Source: Flavobacteriales bacterium
GTDB lineage: Bacteria; Bacteroidota; Bacteroidia; UBA10329
Direction of reading: 5' to 3'
Assembly: GCA_016124845.1 (NCBI GenBank)
Contig: WGMW01000055.1
Span: 3,163 to 67,162 of the forward strand
DNA: 64,000 nucleotides
Positions 36,083 through 45,480 of the stretch are shown piece after piece; position 1 is the stretch's first letter, and each line of letters opens with the position of its first letter. The notes below the pieces were generated by a model. That model saw nothing but the letters and a program-made list of their open reading frames with translations. It did no database searches and was not told where the DNA came from. A program made the translations under genes and the position numbers.

Positions 36083-38811
36083 TCGCCAGCGCGTTCTTTC
36101 AGTTCCCTGTTGGCTTTTTCCAGTTTCTGTAGCATGTCGCGCTGAAGCTGTTCCACCTCTTTCTGTTTGGTAATGTCGGTGCCGATGCTCACGATCTTTA
36201 TCACGTTGCCATAATCATCCAAAATAGGAGCGTAACTGACGTTGACCCAAACCGAATGACCTTCTTTATGCCGCAGACTGTTGACCGATGTGAACGGTTT
36301 CCCTGCCATGATCTTTGCGTAGGTCATTTCCACCAATTTCTGGTTGGTTTCCGGCCCACCGACAATAGACCACGGTTCTTTACCAATGACCTCCTCTGAA
36401 CTGAAACCGGTGATATTGGTAAACCCTTTGTTCGCCCAGATGATCTTACCGTCCGGTTCATGGATCAGAACTCCATTGATGGTCTCTGATGCCACAAGCG
36501 AAAGTGTCTCAATTCGTTCTTTATCCAGTTTCTGTTTGGTGATGTCTTCCGTGATTCCTGCTACCCGCGAAACGGATCCGTCTGGGCCATAGACCGGAAA
36601 TGCCCTGTCTCGCACCCACTTTATGGTTCCATCCTTCATTACAAGCCGATATTCCTCGTCATACTTTCCCGTAATGGCCAGTTCTCTGAACTGAACGGTC
36701 GCCCGATCAAGGTCGTCCGGGTGGATGGCCTTGGACCACGAAGTAGGGTCTTCGTAAAGTGATTCAACCGAAAGCCCGTAAAGCGTTTCGTACTGCGGGC
36801 TGATGTAAAGCACTTCGTTGAGTTTCCAGTCGGTAAGCCAGAAAACCTCCGTAATGTTCTCTGCCATGTCTCGGAAAAGGCGTTCGCTTTCGCGCAAGGC
36901 GGTTTCCATCTCGTGGCGTTCGGTCATGTCGAGGATAATGCCGTCCATACGCGTAGGTTGTCCGTTGCTACCGAAGGTGACCTTGCCTCGCGACATAAGA
37001 AACTTGACACCATCGGCAACGCGAATTCTGTACTCAGCCTTATAATCACCCGAAATGAATGATTCTGTGATGCAACGTTGCATGGCATCGCGGTCATCTT
37101 CATGGATAAACCCAACGAATTCCTGTGTGCTGATCGGACGTTTTTCAATCCCGTAAATGTCATAACAGCGGTCGTCCCAGAACAGTTCTGATCTGTCCAG
37201 CTCCCAATGCCACACACCTATCTGGGCAGCATGCAGCGTCAACTCGCGTTGAATTCGATACGCTTCCCGTTCCTTGGTCGCTTGCACCGAATCGGTCACG
37301 TCCTGCAACGTTCCGATCAATCGGGTCACTTTTCCTGTCGCATCCTTTATCTGCTTCGCACTCGAAACCACGTGTTTCACTTGGCCCGAGGCCAGAAGAA
37401 GACGGTATTCGATCACGGAAGTGAACATAGCGTTCAGATCGTTGGCAGTAATTGCATCAACACGTGCTCTGTCTTCGGGGTGAATGAATGATCTTACATC
37501 CTCAATAGTGATGTTTTTCTTATCGGTCTCATAGATGTGGAACATCTCTTCTGACCACCAGACCTCTTCAGACCCTGCTTCCCATTCCCAACTTCCCACC
37601 TTGGCAATTTTCTGAGCCTCCATCAACGAAGCCTTGCTTCGCTCAAGTTCATGTTGCGTTCGAACACGTTCTGAAATATCCTGTACGCTGCCGATCCACC
37701 TTACGGTATTGTCTTCGGTATTTACTCTTCGGCCATTGGATTGCAGATGAATTACCTGTCCATTGTCAGGTCTTATGAACCGATAAACGTGCGGTTTTCC
37801 TGTATTGGTTCGAATGCTTTCCTCAAGAATGCGTTCATATTCTTCGCGGTCATCAGGATGCACGCACGAGACAAAGAATGCGCGCCTGATGACGGTGTCG
37901 GGTTTAATGCCCGTGATGCGATAAAAGTTCGGAGACCACTTGGTCTTCCGATTGGTAAGGTCGAGTTCGAAACTTCCGCTGTCCGAAATTTCCTCTCCCA
38001 GTTCCAACAATCCCTGTTTCCAGAAGAGTTTCTGCTCAATTTTCTTCCTTTCGGTGATGTCTTGCAACGTGCCGAAAAGTTTAACCACTTCACCTTTCGG
38101 ATTTTTGATGGCCTCGGCAATGGCTCGCACCTCCTTGGTCTGTCCATCGGCAGTTACAATGGTGTATTCCAGCACGGGCAACACTCCGCTGGGCAAAGCC
38201 TCTTCCATCAATTCTGCAACGCGCTCTCGGTCTTTCGGGTGGATGAAATTGCGGGCATCTTCCAGCGTGAATGAATCTGGATCGCAGTCATAGATACGGA
38301 ACATCTCATCAGAGCAGATGACCTGATTTGTAGAAAGGTTCCACTCCCAACTGCCCACTTTGGCGATCTTCTGCGCTTCGCGCAACGAGGTTTCACTCGA
38401 TCGGAGTTTCACCTCGCTCATCAGGAGTTCAAGCTGTGTCTTATAACGCTGAAGCGCTTTTTTGATGGCCACAGGAAGGCGCTTCAGCGTGGAGCGCAGC
38501 ACGTAATCCTCTACACCCGCTCCAAGCAGATCGATGGCAATATCTTCCGAAAGGTCGAATGCCAGCAGAATGAAAGGCGCCATGACGCCACTTTTCCTGG
38601 TCGTTCCCAGCAACTTGATGGCATTGGTTTCTGCCAAGCTGTACGAACTCAGTATAACATCTGGATTGAATGAACCGAGTGCCTTCTTAAAGTCTTTTTT
38701 GGTCGTTACGACTTCGGTCACGAAGTTCATGTCCGCCTCTTCCAATTCGCGGACAACCGCTTCGGTCTCGGCATGAAAATCCTCAACGATGATGATTCGA
38801 ATGGGCTCCAC
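36070..38811 (-). CDS. atypical receiver domain + six PAS domains, no recognisable output domain
   Basis: The N-terminal CheY-like fold reads IRIIIVEDF...PDVILSSYSL...DYVLRS. Six PAS-like modules follow (for example AQKIAKVGSWEW occurs twice). The C-terminus is a short coiled coil. No HisKA/HATPase, GGDEF or EAL motif was seen. The start is GTG. Confidence 0.8.
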   Translation of the reverse strand: MEPIRIIIVEDFHAETEAVVRELEEADMNFVTEVVTTKKDFKKALGSFNPDVILSSYSLAETNAIKLLGTTRKSGVMAPFILLAFDLSEDIAIDLLGAGVEDYVLRSTLKRLPVAIKKALQRYKTQLELLMSEVKLRSSETSLREAQKIAKVGSWEWNLSTNQVICSDEMFRIYDCDPDSFTLEDARNFIHPKDRERVAELMEEALPSGVLPVLEYTIVTADGQTKEVRAIAEAIKNPKGEVVKLFGTLQDITERKKIEQKLFWKQGLLELGEEISDSGSFELDLTNRKTKWSPNFYRITGIKPDTVIRRAFFVSCVHPDDREEYERILEESIRTNTGKPHVYRFIRPDNGQVIHLQSNGRRVNTEDNTVRWIGSVQDISERVRTQHELERSKASLMEAQKIAKVGSWEWEAGSEEVWWSEEMFHIYETDKKNITIEDVRSFIHPEDRARVDAITANDLNAMFTSVIEYRLLLASGQVKHVVSSAKQIKDATGKVTRLIGTLQDVTDSVQATKEREAYRIQRELTLHAAQIGVWHWELDRSELFWDDRCYDIYGIEKRPISTQEFVGFIHEDDRDAMQRCITESFISGDYKAEYRIRVADGVKFLMSRGKVTFGSNGQPTRMDGIILDMTERHEMETALRESERLFRDMAENITEVFWLTDWKLNEVLYISPQYETLYGLSVESLYEDPTSWSKAIHPDDLDRATVQFRELAITGKYDEEYRLVMKDGTIKWVRDRAFPVYGPDGSVSRVAGITEDITKQKLDKERIETLSLVASETINGVLIHEPDGKIIWANKGFTNITGFSSEEVIGKEPWSIVGGPETNQKLVEMTYAKIMAGKPFTSVNSLRHKEGHSVWVNVSYAPILDDYGNVIKIVSIGTDITKQKEVEQLQRDMLQKLEKANRELKERAGDQPS

Positions 38812-38882
38812 CGTTTCTTTTAGGTTTATGAACCTTTACTTCATAGTGTTGTTCAGAGTTTCACCGAAACAGCACTTTCAGA

Positions 38883-38890
38883 TACATTTG
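38883..38890 (+). promoter_or_regulatory. candidate -7 box TACATTTG
   Basis: Matches TAnnTTTG. It lies 27 nt upstream of ATG 38917. Confidence 0.45.
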
Positions 38891-38916
38891 TTAAAGCATT
38901 CTAATATCGCGAAAAC

Positions 38917-39516
38917 ATGAAAACAGTTGCTCTTACACTTCTCACGGTCTTTTGTACCAGCTTCTTTGAGATCGAACAAATTAATGTCGGAGACAAGGCC
39001 CCGAAAATGGAGATGAAAATGATGGGAATTGACGGGAAGTCGGTTTCCCTGAAGGACCTGAAAAAGGAAAAGGGACTGTGCGTGATCTTCAGCTGCAACA
39101 CCTGCCCGTGGGTGATGGCCTGGGAAGACCGTTACAACGAACTCAACGAGCTTTGCGCCAAGAACAACATTGGTTTTGTTCTCATCAACTCCAATGAAGC
39201 CAAACGCGCAGGCGATGATAGCATGGCCAAAATGAAAGAACACGCAAAAGCGGAAGGGTATGAATCGTTTGCCTATCTGGTGGATGAGAAGAATGTATTG
39301 GCGGATGCCTTCGGAGCCACCAAAACACCCGATGTTTTTCTTTTCAATGGAAACATGGAACTGGTTTACAAAGGCGCCATCGATGATAATTCGAAGGACA
39401 AAACGGCCGTGGAAGAACCCTATTTGAAAAAGGCCATCGAAGCAGTGGCAACTGGAAAAACGGTGAATCCTGCGGAAACCAAAGCGTTGGGTTGCAGCAT
39501 TAAACGCGCATCCTGA
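38917..39516 (+). CDS. thioredoxin-fold (redoxin/TlpA-like) secreted protein
   Basis: Signal peptide present. CxxC motif FSCNTCPW, on an AhpC/TSA-like layout. Confidence 0.75.
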   Translation: MKTVALTLLTVFCTSFFEIEQINVGDKAPKMEMKMMGIDGKSVSLKDLKKEKGLCVIFSCNTCPWVMAWEDRYNELNELCAKNNIGFVLINSNEAKRAGDDSMAKMKEHAKAEGYESFAYLVDEKNVLADAFGATKTPDVFLFNGNMELVYKGAIDDNSKDKTAVEEPYLKKAIEAVATGKTVNPAETKALGCSIKRAS

Positions 39517-39525
39517 TGACCGCAG

Positions 39526-39545
39526 AGACGCGATTCATCGCGTCT
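39526..39545. repeat. palindrome AGACGCGATTCATCGCGTCT between convergent genes (likely bidirectional terminator hairpin)
   Basis: It belongs to the same GACGCGAT..ATCGCGTC family as 1196-1219. It overlaps the stop of the minus-strand TlpA gene. Confidence 0.7.
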
Positions 39546-40038
39546 ACAGACCCAGTTCTTTGAGCTTTTGTTCAAGCTCACCTTCTTTGAAAGACCCTTC
39601 ATAAAAATGGCGGGTCTTTTTTTGTGTGTTGACGAAAAGCGTGGCAGGAAGCGCACCGCTCCATTCTTCACTCACGCGTGGGATCCATTGGTTCGGTTTG
39701 GCCTCATCCATCAGCAACACCTCGCTTTTCAGTTGTTTTTCTTTCAAAAATGGAATCACTTTCGACTCAAGCTGCGAAACGAAATCGAGCGTTACAAGCA
39801 GCACTTTTCGGTCGGTTCCAACCGCGTTGAGATGGAGGTTTTCGAAGAACGGGAGTTCCTTCACACACGGACCGCACCACGTGGCCCAGAAATTCACCAC
39901 GTAGGTGGTATCGCCACCATTTGCCAAACGCGTTTCCAATTGGTCCAAACCGATCACGGGAACCGTTTGCGCCTTTCCAAAAGAGGCGAAGGCAAATAGC
40001 AGAAGCGTTGCAGCAAACGGTTTAAACAGCTTTTGCAT
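39544..40038 (-). CDS. TlpA-like thiol:disulfide oxidoreductase
   Basis: Start trimmed to MQKLFKPFAATLLLFAFASFGKAQ. The active site is WATWCGPC. Confidence 0.85.
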   Translation of the reverse strand: MQKLFKPFAATLLLFAFASFGKAQTVPVIGLDQLETRLANGGDTTYVVNFWATWCGPCVKELPFFENLHLNAVGTDRKVLLVTLDFVSQLESKVIPFLKEKQLKSEVLLMDEAKPNQWIPRVSEEWSGALPATLFVNTQKKTRHFYEGSFKEGELEQKLKELGL

Positions 40039-40924
40039 GGTAATCTTCGTACAGTAAACGCGTAATTCCATCCGAAAGCCCGAACTCGGGAACAATGATG
40101 TCCTTGATCTTGGCACGCTTCAAAATGGCACGGAAAATTTCGCACGCTGGAACAATTACATCCGCTCGGTCTGGGTTCAGTCCGAGTTTCGAAATTCGTT
40201 CTTCGTAGGTCATTCCGCGCAGCATGACGTGCAGTTCCTTCAACTTGCTGCATTGGAGCGGCATTCGTCCTGGAATCTCGGCCATTTTATACAGTTTGTT
40301 GATGTTGCCGCCCGAGCCGATCGCGTCCAATTTCTCTAAACCTGCCGTATTTTCTTCCACCCAGTTCAAAAGCTTGTCCCAGTATTGTGGTTCAACCTTA
40401 TTGTTCAGCAAACGCAACGTACCGATACGGAATGAGCGGCTGGCCACAGGTTTGCTCTCGCTGAAAACAGTGAGTTCTGTACTACCACCGCCCACGTCAA
40501 TGTAGAGGTAGCTGCGATCATGGAACAGCTTTTCCTCAAAATGGTTCGAGAAAATGATGTCTGCTTCCTTTTTTCCTTGGATGACCTCAATATCGAGTTT
40601 TGCGTGCTCTGAGATTCGTTCTACCAGTTCTTCTCCGTTGGTCGCATTTCGCATGGCGGAGGTGGCGCAAGCGCGGAACGAAACAACGTCATGCACACCC
40701 AGTAGCAGACGGAATGCTCTCATCGTATCAACCAGCTTTTCCGCCTTTTTGGCTCCAACGTGTCCGTGAACAAAAACATCTTCACCCAAACGGATGGGAA
40801 CACGTACCAATGAGGCTTTTTTGAAAACAGGGCCGTCCGCACTTTCAAACACATTGGTTATCAGCAGTCTAACTGCGTTAGAACCGATGTCAATTGCCCC
40901 GAATTTCAGCACGCTCCCATTCAT
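40022..40924 (-). CDS. ppx: Ppx/GppA-family exopolyphosphatase
   Basis: Start trimmed to MNGSVLKFGAIDIGSNAVRLL. The ASKHA motifs DVGGGSTE and GSGGN are present. Confidence 0.85.
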   Translation of the reverse strand: MNGSVLKFGAIDIGSNAVRLLITNVFESADGPVFKKASLVRVPIRLGEDVFVHGHVGAKKAEKLVDTMRAFRLLLGVHDVVSFRACATSAMRNATNGEELVERISEHAKLDIEVIQGKKEADIIFSNHFEEKLFHDRSYLYIDVGGGSTELTVFSESKPVASRSFRIGTLRLLNNKVEPQYWDKLLNWVEENTAGLEKLDAIGSGGNINKLYKMAEIPGRMPLQCSKLKELHVMLRGMTYEERISKLGLNPDRADVIVPACEIFRAILKRAKIKDIIVPEFGLSDGITRLLYEDYHAKAV

Positions 40925-40980
40925 TTCAAGCTCCTTCAAAGTGAAGCCCGAAAGTACGTGATCTAAACAGGACGAACGGT

Positions 40981-41475
40981 TTACGCGACCTCTTTTGGGA
41001 AAAGCGAAAACAGCTTCTTTCCCTTGGCTTTGGTCACTTCCGCCCAACTGTTTATCGGCAGTTCGATGGCGAACACTCCGCAGGTTGGCAGGTTGTAAAG
41101 CGATTCTTCCTGCAATTGGTTGATGAGCGAGGTGAAAGATGGATTGTGACCGAAGATCATCAACGTTTCGATGTTGTCTTCCACGTTTGAAATGAGTTTC
41201 AGCAGTTCGTACGTGGAGGCTTCGTAAATTCCTTCATTCGCGCGAATGCGCTGAAGGGGAAAATCCAGTTTACGGGCAATGATGATGGCCGTGTTCATGG
41301 CACGAATGGCGGGACTTGAAAGGATCAGATCTGGAAACACATCTTTCTCGAGCAGTTCCTCGCCAATGGCGAACGCATCGTTGATGCCGCGTGGTTTCAG
41401 TGGACGGTAAAAATCTTCGAGATCGGGGTAGGCCCAACTCGACTTTCCATGACGAACAATGATCAGCGTTTTCAT
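40981..41475 (-). CDS. histidine phosphatase family protein (SixA-like)
   Basis: The RHG motif is present in MKTLIIVRHGKS, and a later GHNP motif follows. Confidence 0.8.
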   Translation of the reverse strand: MKTLIIVRHGKSSWAYPDLEDFYRPLKPRGINDAFAIGEELLEKDVFPDLILSSPAIRAMNTAIIIARKLDFPLQRIRANEGIYEASTYELLKLISNVEDNIETLMIFGHNPSFTSLINQLQEESLYNLPTCGVFAIELPINSWAEVTKAKGKKLFSLFPKEVA

Positions 41476-41581
41476 TGCAGAATCGAAATTAGGCACAATG
41501 ACGGAAAACGCAGAGCGAAATAATGATTCCTTAACGAAGCGTTCTTATTGAACGCACATCACCCATCCTGCAAAGCACTCG

Positions 41582-41634
41582 CCCTTAGGCTGTAAGGGTC
41601 AGTCGCCCCAAACTCCCCTCCTGGTAAGGAGGGG
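41582..41634. repeat. two adjacent intergenic hairpins (CCCTTA..TAAGGG and CCCCTCC..GGAGGGG)
   Basis: Inverted repeats read directly. They lie just downstream of the glpD stop and have no T-run. Confidence 0.65.
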
Positions 41635-41653
41635 TCGGGGGAGGTCATAACGG

Positions 41654-43270
41654 TCAAACAAAATTCAGCACATCCTTGCTTTCGCAGCGATAGGTGTTCA
41701 GCGAAGCCTTTTTCTGCTCATCGCTCAGCTTCAGCAACTGGGCAAGTTCTTCGTTAAGCTGCTCAGCATATTTGTCGGCCACAGGTTTTTCGAAGTAGAG
41801 ACGTCCTGTTCTTCGAATGAGGAAATCAGAGAGTTCGGTGATCATTTCGTTTTCCACGCTGTACTTCAGTTCGGCCAAGAGAATGGCGAGGGTTCTGTCC
41901 TTATTTTTCCAATCGATGTTGGAAATGATCTCCAACGCATTGCTTCCGTACTTGTGGAAAAGGCTTGCCAGTTCAACCGATGTCAGTTCGGTTTCGCCCA
42001 CTTCAGAGATGAAAGCCTTGAGGCTGTGGAAGGTTCCACCAGATAATTTCCTGCTCGAAGAGCGTGAAAGAATGAACGGTTGTTTTTGCTCCGCTTCCAA
42101 TTGGCGCAGCGCAAGATCAACCGTGCGTTCGGCCATTTTACGGTAACCCGTCAACTTTCCACCTGCAATACTGATCAACCCATGCTTGGAAATGAAAATT
42201 TCGTCCTTGCGCGAAAGTTCAGAAGGCGATTTTCCATCCTCATGTATCAATGGGCGCAAACCTGCCCACGTGGACTGAATGTCCGCTTCGGTCAAAGGTT
42301 CAATGTCGAACGCATTGTTTGTTGCTTTCAGGATGTAATCCACGTCTTCTTGCGTTACGTGTGGTCGCTCGATCTTGTCTGAATAGTTGGTGTCGGTTGT
42401 ACCGACATAGGTGGCATTGTCGCGCGGAATGGCGAAGATCATTCGGCCGTCAGGCACATCAAAATAAACAGCCTGCCGCAGCGGAAACCGCTCATGGTCG
42501 AAAACCAAGTGAACACCTTTGGTCAGATGCAGCCGCTTGCCCTGCACTTCCTCATCGTGCGACCGCACATTATCTACCCACGGCCCAGCCGCGTTAATGG
42601 TTCGTTTTGCTTTTATGCGGAACGATTTTCCCGATCTCAGGTCGGTCATTTCGCCACCCGCAATGTGATCGTTCTGGTAGATGAAGTCTTTGAATTCGCA
42701 GTAATTGAGAAGCAGCGCGCCATCTTCCGTAGCGGTTTTGGCCACCTCAATTACCAACCGCGCATCATCGCTTCGGTATTCCCAGTAAACGATTCCAGCT
42801 TCTAATCCCTCTTTCTTCAGAAGAGGTTCTCTGTTCAAGGTCTGCTTGCGGTCAAGAACGTTCCTGCGCTCGCTGCGTTTTACGCCCGCAAGCCAATCGT
42901 AGGTGTAAATCCCAAACGAAGCGGAGGTTTTCCCGAACGAACCATCTTTGGTTATCGGCAGCAGCATCTTCTCTGGAATGACCAAATGAGGCGCATTGTG
43001 GTAGACGGTTTTCCGTTCCTGTCCCACTTCGCGCACCAATCCGAATTCCAGTTGCTTCAGGTAACGCAGACCACCATGGATCAGTTTGGTGCTGCGGCTG
43101 CTTGTTCCCGCTGCAAAATCCTGCTTCTCTACCAACGCCACTTTCAATCCTCTGCCAGCGGCATCGAGCGCAATGCCAACACCCGTAATTCCACCACCGA
43201 TGACCAACAGATCGAAGGTCTCGTTTTTGAGTTTTTCAATGATGGATGAGCGGTCGTTGGCAGAAAACAT
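41654..43270 (-). CDS. glpD: FAD-dependent glycerol-3-phosphate dehydrogenase
   Basis: DLLVIGGGITGVGIALDAAGRGLKVALVEKQDFAAGTSSRSTKLIHGGLRYL is the classic GlpD N-terminus. Length 538 aa. Confidence 0.92.
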   Translation of the reverse strand: MFSANDRSSIIEKLKNETFDLLVIGGGITGVGIALDAAGRGLKVALVEKQDFAAGTSSRSTKLIHGGLRYLKQLEFGLVREVGQERKTVYHNAPHLVIPEKMLLPITKDGSFGKTSASFGIYTYDWLAGVKRSERRNVLDRKQTLNREPLLKKEGLEAGIVYWEYRSDDARLVIEVAKTATEDGALLLNYCEFKDFIYQNDHIAGGEMTDLRSGKSFRIKAKRTINAAGPWVDNVRSHDEEVQGKRLHLTKGVHLVFDHERFPLRQAVYFDVPDGRMIFAIPRDNATYVGTTDTNYSDKIERPHVTQEDVDYILKATNNAFDIEPLTEADIQSTWAGLRPLIHEDGKSPSELSRKDEIFISKHGLISIAGGKLTGYRKMAERTVDLALRQLEAEQKQPFILSRSSSRKLSGGTFHSLKAFISEVGETELTSVELASLFHKYGSNALEIISNIDWKNKDRTLAILLAELKYSVENEMITELSDFLIRRTGRLYFEKPVADKYAEQLNEELAQLLKLSDEQKKASLNTYRCESKDVLNFV

Positions 43271-43340
43271 CAGGAGATTTTCAGCCCGCGAAGTTAAAGG
43301 TTCGTGTGCTTCGGTCTGAGTTCAAACAGACATTCTTAGG

Positions 43341-44720
43341 TTAATGTTTGAAAACGCTTGAATCAGGTTCTAAACTGATGTTCTCGTCATCGCTCTGGTA
43401 GGGCAACCATGTGATAATGAACTGGAACATCTCATCCGTGGTCTTCATGTCGCGGTCAACGGGTTCCACCACCGTTCGTGGTGGGTCATAAGGATTGTTC
43501 GGGTTGTCGAGCGTGTTGTCGTAAATGCCTTCGGCATGGATCACCGAGCCTTTCGGGATTTTCAGCATGTGATGGAACGTGTAGAAATACTGCCATCTGA
43601 AATCCCATTTCGGAATGGAAATGAGCGGGATCTCCTCCCCACTTGGCGTGGTTGCCCACGCTTTGAAACTGTGCCCGATGAGATGCATGTGCGGGTTGAT
43701 GGTGAGCAACGAAATATCCTGGGGAACTGTGAAGTTTGTTTCCGCTTTCATTATCTCGTTGGGTGGCACCACCAAAGGCGGAACAACCTCCGAAATTCCG
43801 AATGTGCCAAGGATCCATTCGTGTATCGGGCGTTTGGGCGGGCCATCGGCAAAGAACACGTTGAAATACGAATGATCGTACGCATCGATAGGGCTGGGGC
43901 CATAATGCATGTTCTTGACGAGGAAAGCCGATTTTCGGGTTACCTGATATGAACCGATGCCCTCGGGATAAATGGCGGGCAGTACGCCTGGCAGGTAATT
44001 GCTCACCGAAGGCGTGAGAGTTGGAAACGTGCCGTCATCGTTGGCTATGGCCAGTGCGCGGTACGATTCCATGCTGTTTCCGTCCACATCAGTTACCACG
44101 TGTGGGCCTTCAAAAACGTCTTTCTTCTTGTTGAAATCGTAAGTGAGCAAGTGGCCGTTCATGTGATGCACGAGGTCGCGATTGCCAGGCACAAACTCGA
44201 TTAAACGGATGAATGTGTCCTTCGGCAGTTCAAACGGCAATGTCATCACCATGAACTTGTCGAGGTTGTTGCCTTCAATGACTACCGAATCCTTCAATTG
44301 CACCACCAGATCGGGTTCACCGAACATGGAACCTTCAGGAAAATGTGGTGGTGCAGGAGCAGTTCCTTCGCCCGCTTCACGGCCGTCTTCCACCCATTTT
44401 GCAAGCATGGCGATCTGCTTTTCTGTGAGGAAACGCTCACCCACAAAAGAAGAATAGTGCGGGTCGGCAGGCCAAGGTGGCATGTAACGGTCGGAGGTCA
44501 CATCACGGATCATCTTGGCGCGTTTGGCCACATCTCGATACGTGATCATTTGAAATGGAGCGCCTCCATTCGGCCGATGGCAGGGCGTACAGTTCTCGTA
44601 AATGATCGGGGCCACATGCTGGTTGAACGTGACCTTTTCGGGAAGGTCGAAATGCTGTTTTTTGAGTTGACTGCAGGACACAGACAGAATGAAGAGAAAC
44701 AGCCAACCGTAATTTTTCAT
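43341..44720 (-). CDS. lipoprotein: heme-c (CxxCH) domain fused to PHM/DBH-like copper monooxygenase domain
   Basis: Start trimmed to ATG 44720 (MKNYGWLFLFILSVSCSQ), which shares an ATGA overlap with the upstream stop. Heme-binding motif CTPCH. Cu-ligand-like motifs are HHMNGH, NPHMHLIGH and TTDEMF. Confidence 0.7.
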   Translation of the reverse strand: MKNYGWLFLFILSVSCSQLKKQHFDLPEKVTFNQHVAPIIYENCTPCHRPNGGAPFQMITYRDVAKRAKMIRDVTSDRYMPPWPADPHYSSFVGERFLTEKQIAMLAKWVEDGREAGEGTAPAPPHFPEGSMFGEPDLVVQLKDSVVIEGNNLDKFMVMTLPFELPKDTFIRLIEFVPGNRDLVHHMNGHLLTYDFNKKKDVFEGPHVVTDVDGNSMESYRALAIANDDGTFPTLTPSVSNYLPGVLPAIYPEGIGSYQVTRKSAFLVKNMHYGPSPIDAYDHSYFNVFFADGPPKRPIHEWILGTFGISEVVPPLVVPPNEIMKAETNFTVPQDISLLTINPHMHLIGHSFKAWATTPSGEEIPLISIPKWDFRWQYFYTFHHMLKIPKGSVIHAEGIYDNTLDNPNNPYDPPRTVVEPVDRDMKTTDEMFQFIITWLPYQSDDENISLEPDSSVFKH

Positions 44721-45271
44721 TCGATGAGACAACCTTTGGGTTCAGTTCGTTTCGGTTCAATGGGTTCTCCATCACGCCAAGCAACCAGCGCATTTTCGAG
44801 ATAATGGTCGGTAACCTCCAGTTTCTTCTTACCAAGGTCGTTCACCCAGTTGTCAATTTTGCCGCTATAGATCTTGTCTCCATCGCGGTTCAAAACCACC
44901 ACTTCTGGAGTAACGGTTGCGTTGAGTGCATGCGCCAATCGGTTGCCGTCATCAAAAAGCATTTTGAAGCCGAGGTCATATTTCAATGCAAAGGAATCGA
45001 CCTCGGCAGGCGTAAACCATTCCTTTGAATAGATGCCATAAAAAACGATGCTGTCAGATGCGAAATCCTGCTCCAAATTCCGCATCGCCAGCGTGTAATT
45101 GATGCATAGTGGACATTCAGGCGAAAGGAAATAGATGACAGAAAGCGCATTCTCTCTGGGGTTGATGTGTGCCTCAGCATTCGCGACATCTGTCAGTGGA
45201 ATGGTCTGAATATCAGGCTTGCTGGCGCATCCAGCAATAAAGAGAGCCGAAATGAAAATAAGCGACCGCAT
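44717..45271 (-). CDS. thioredoxin-fold (redoxin) lipoprotein
   Basis: Lipobox ALFIAGCAS. CxxC motif SPECPLC. Confidence 0.75.
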   Translation of the reverse strand: MRSLIFISALFIAGCASKPDIQTIPLTDVANAEAHINPRENALSVIYFLSPECPLCINYTLAMRNLEQDFASDSIVFYGIYSKEWFTPAEVDSFALKYDLGFKMLFDDGNRLAHALNATVTPEVVVLNRDGDKIYSGKIDNWVNDLGKKKLEVTDHYLENALVAWRDGEPIEPKRTEPKGCLIE

Positions 45272-45396
45272 GGGTCAAAGGTCAAAAGATCGGGCGAAAA
45301 ATCCAGTCAACGAATGGACGGTAGGGCTTGAAACCGTGTAAGGGTTTGCCGTGCTCGTAACGAGTTTGGATTGTGACAAACATCAATGGCGGCTGT

Positions 45397-45462
45397 CATG
45401 CTGAACTCGTTTCAGCATCTATTTTCATAGTTTTTGGGTTAGACCCTGAAATAAATTCAGGG
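45397..45462. repeat. two intergenic hairpins ATGCTGAA-N4-TTCAGCAT and ACCCTGAA-N4-TTCAGGGT
   Basis: The inverted repeats lie at 45397-45417 and 45442-45462. Both share the CTGAA/TTCAG core. Confidence 0.75.
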
Positions 45463-45480
45463 TGACGCTCTGCAAGTGGA

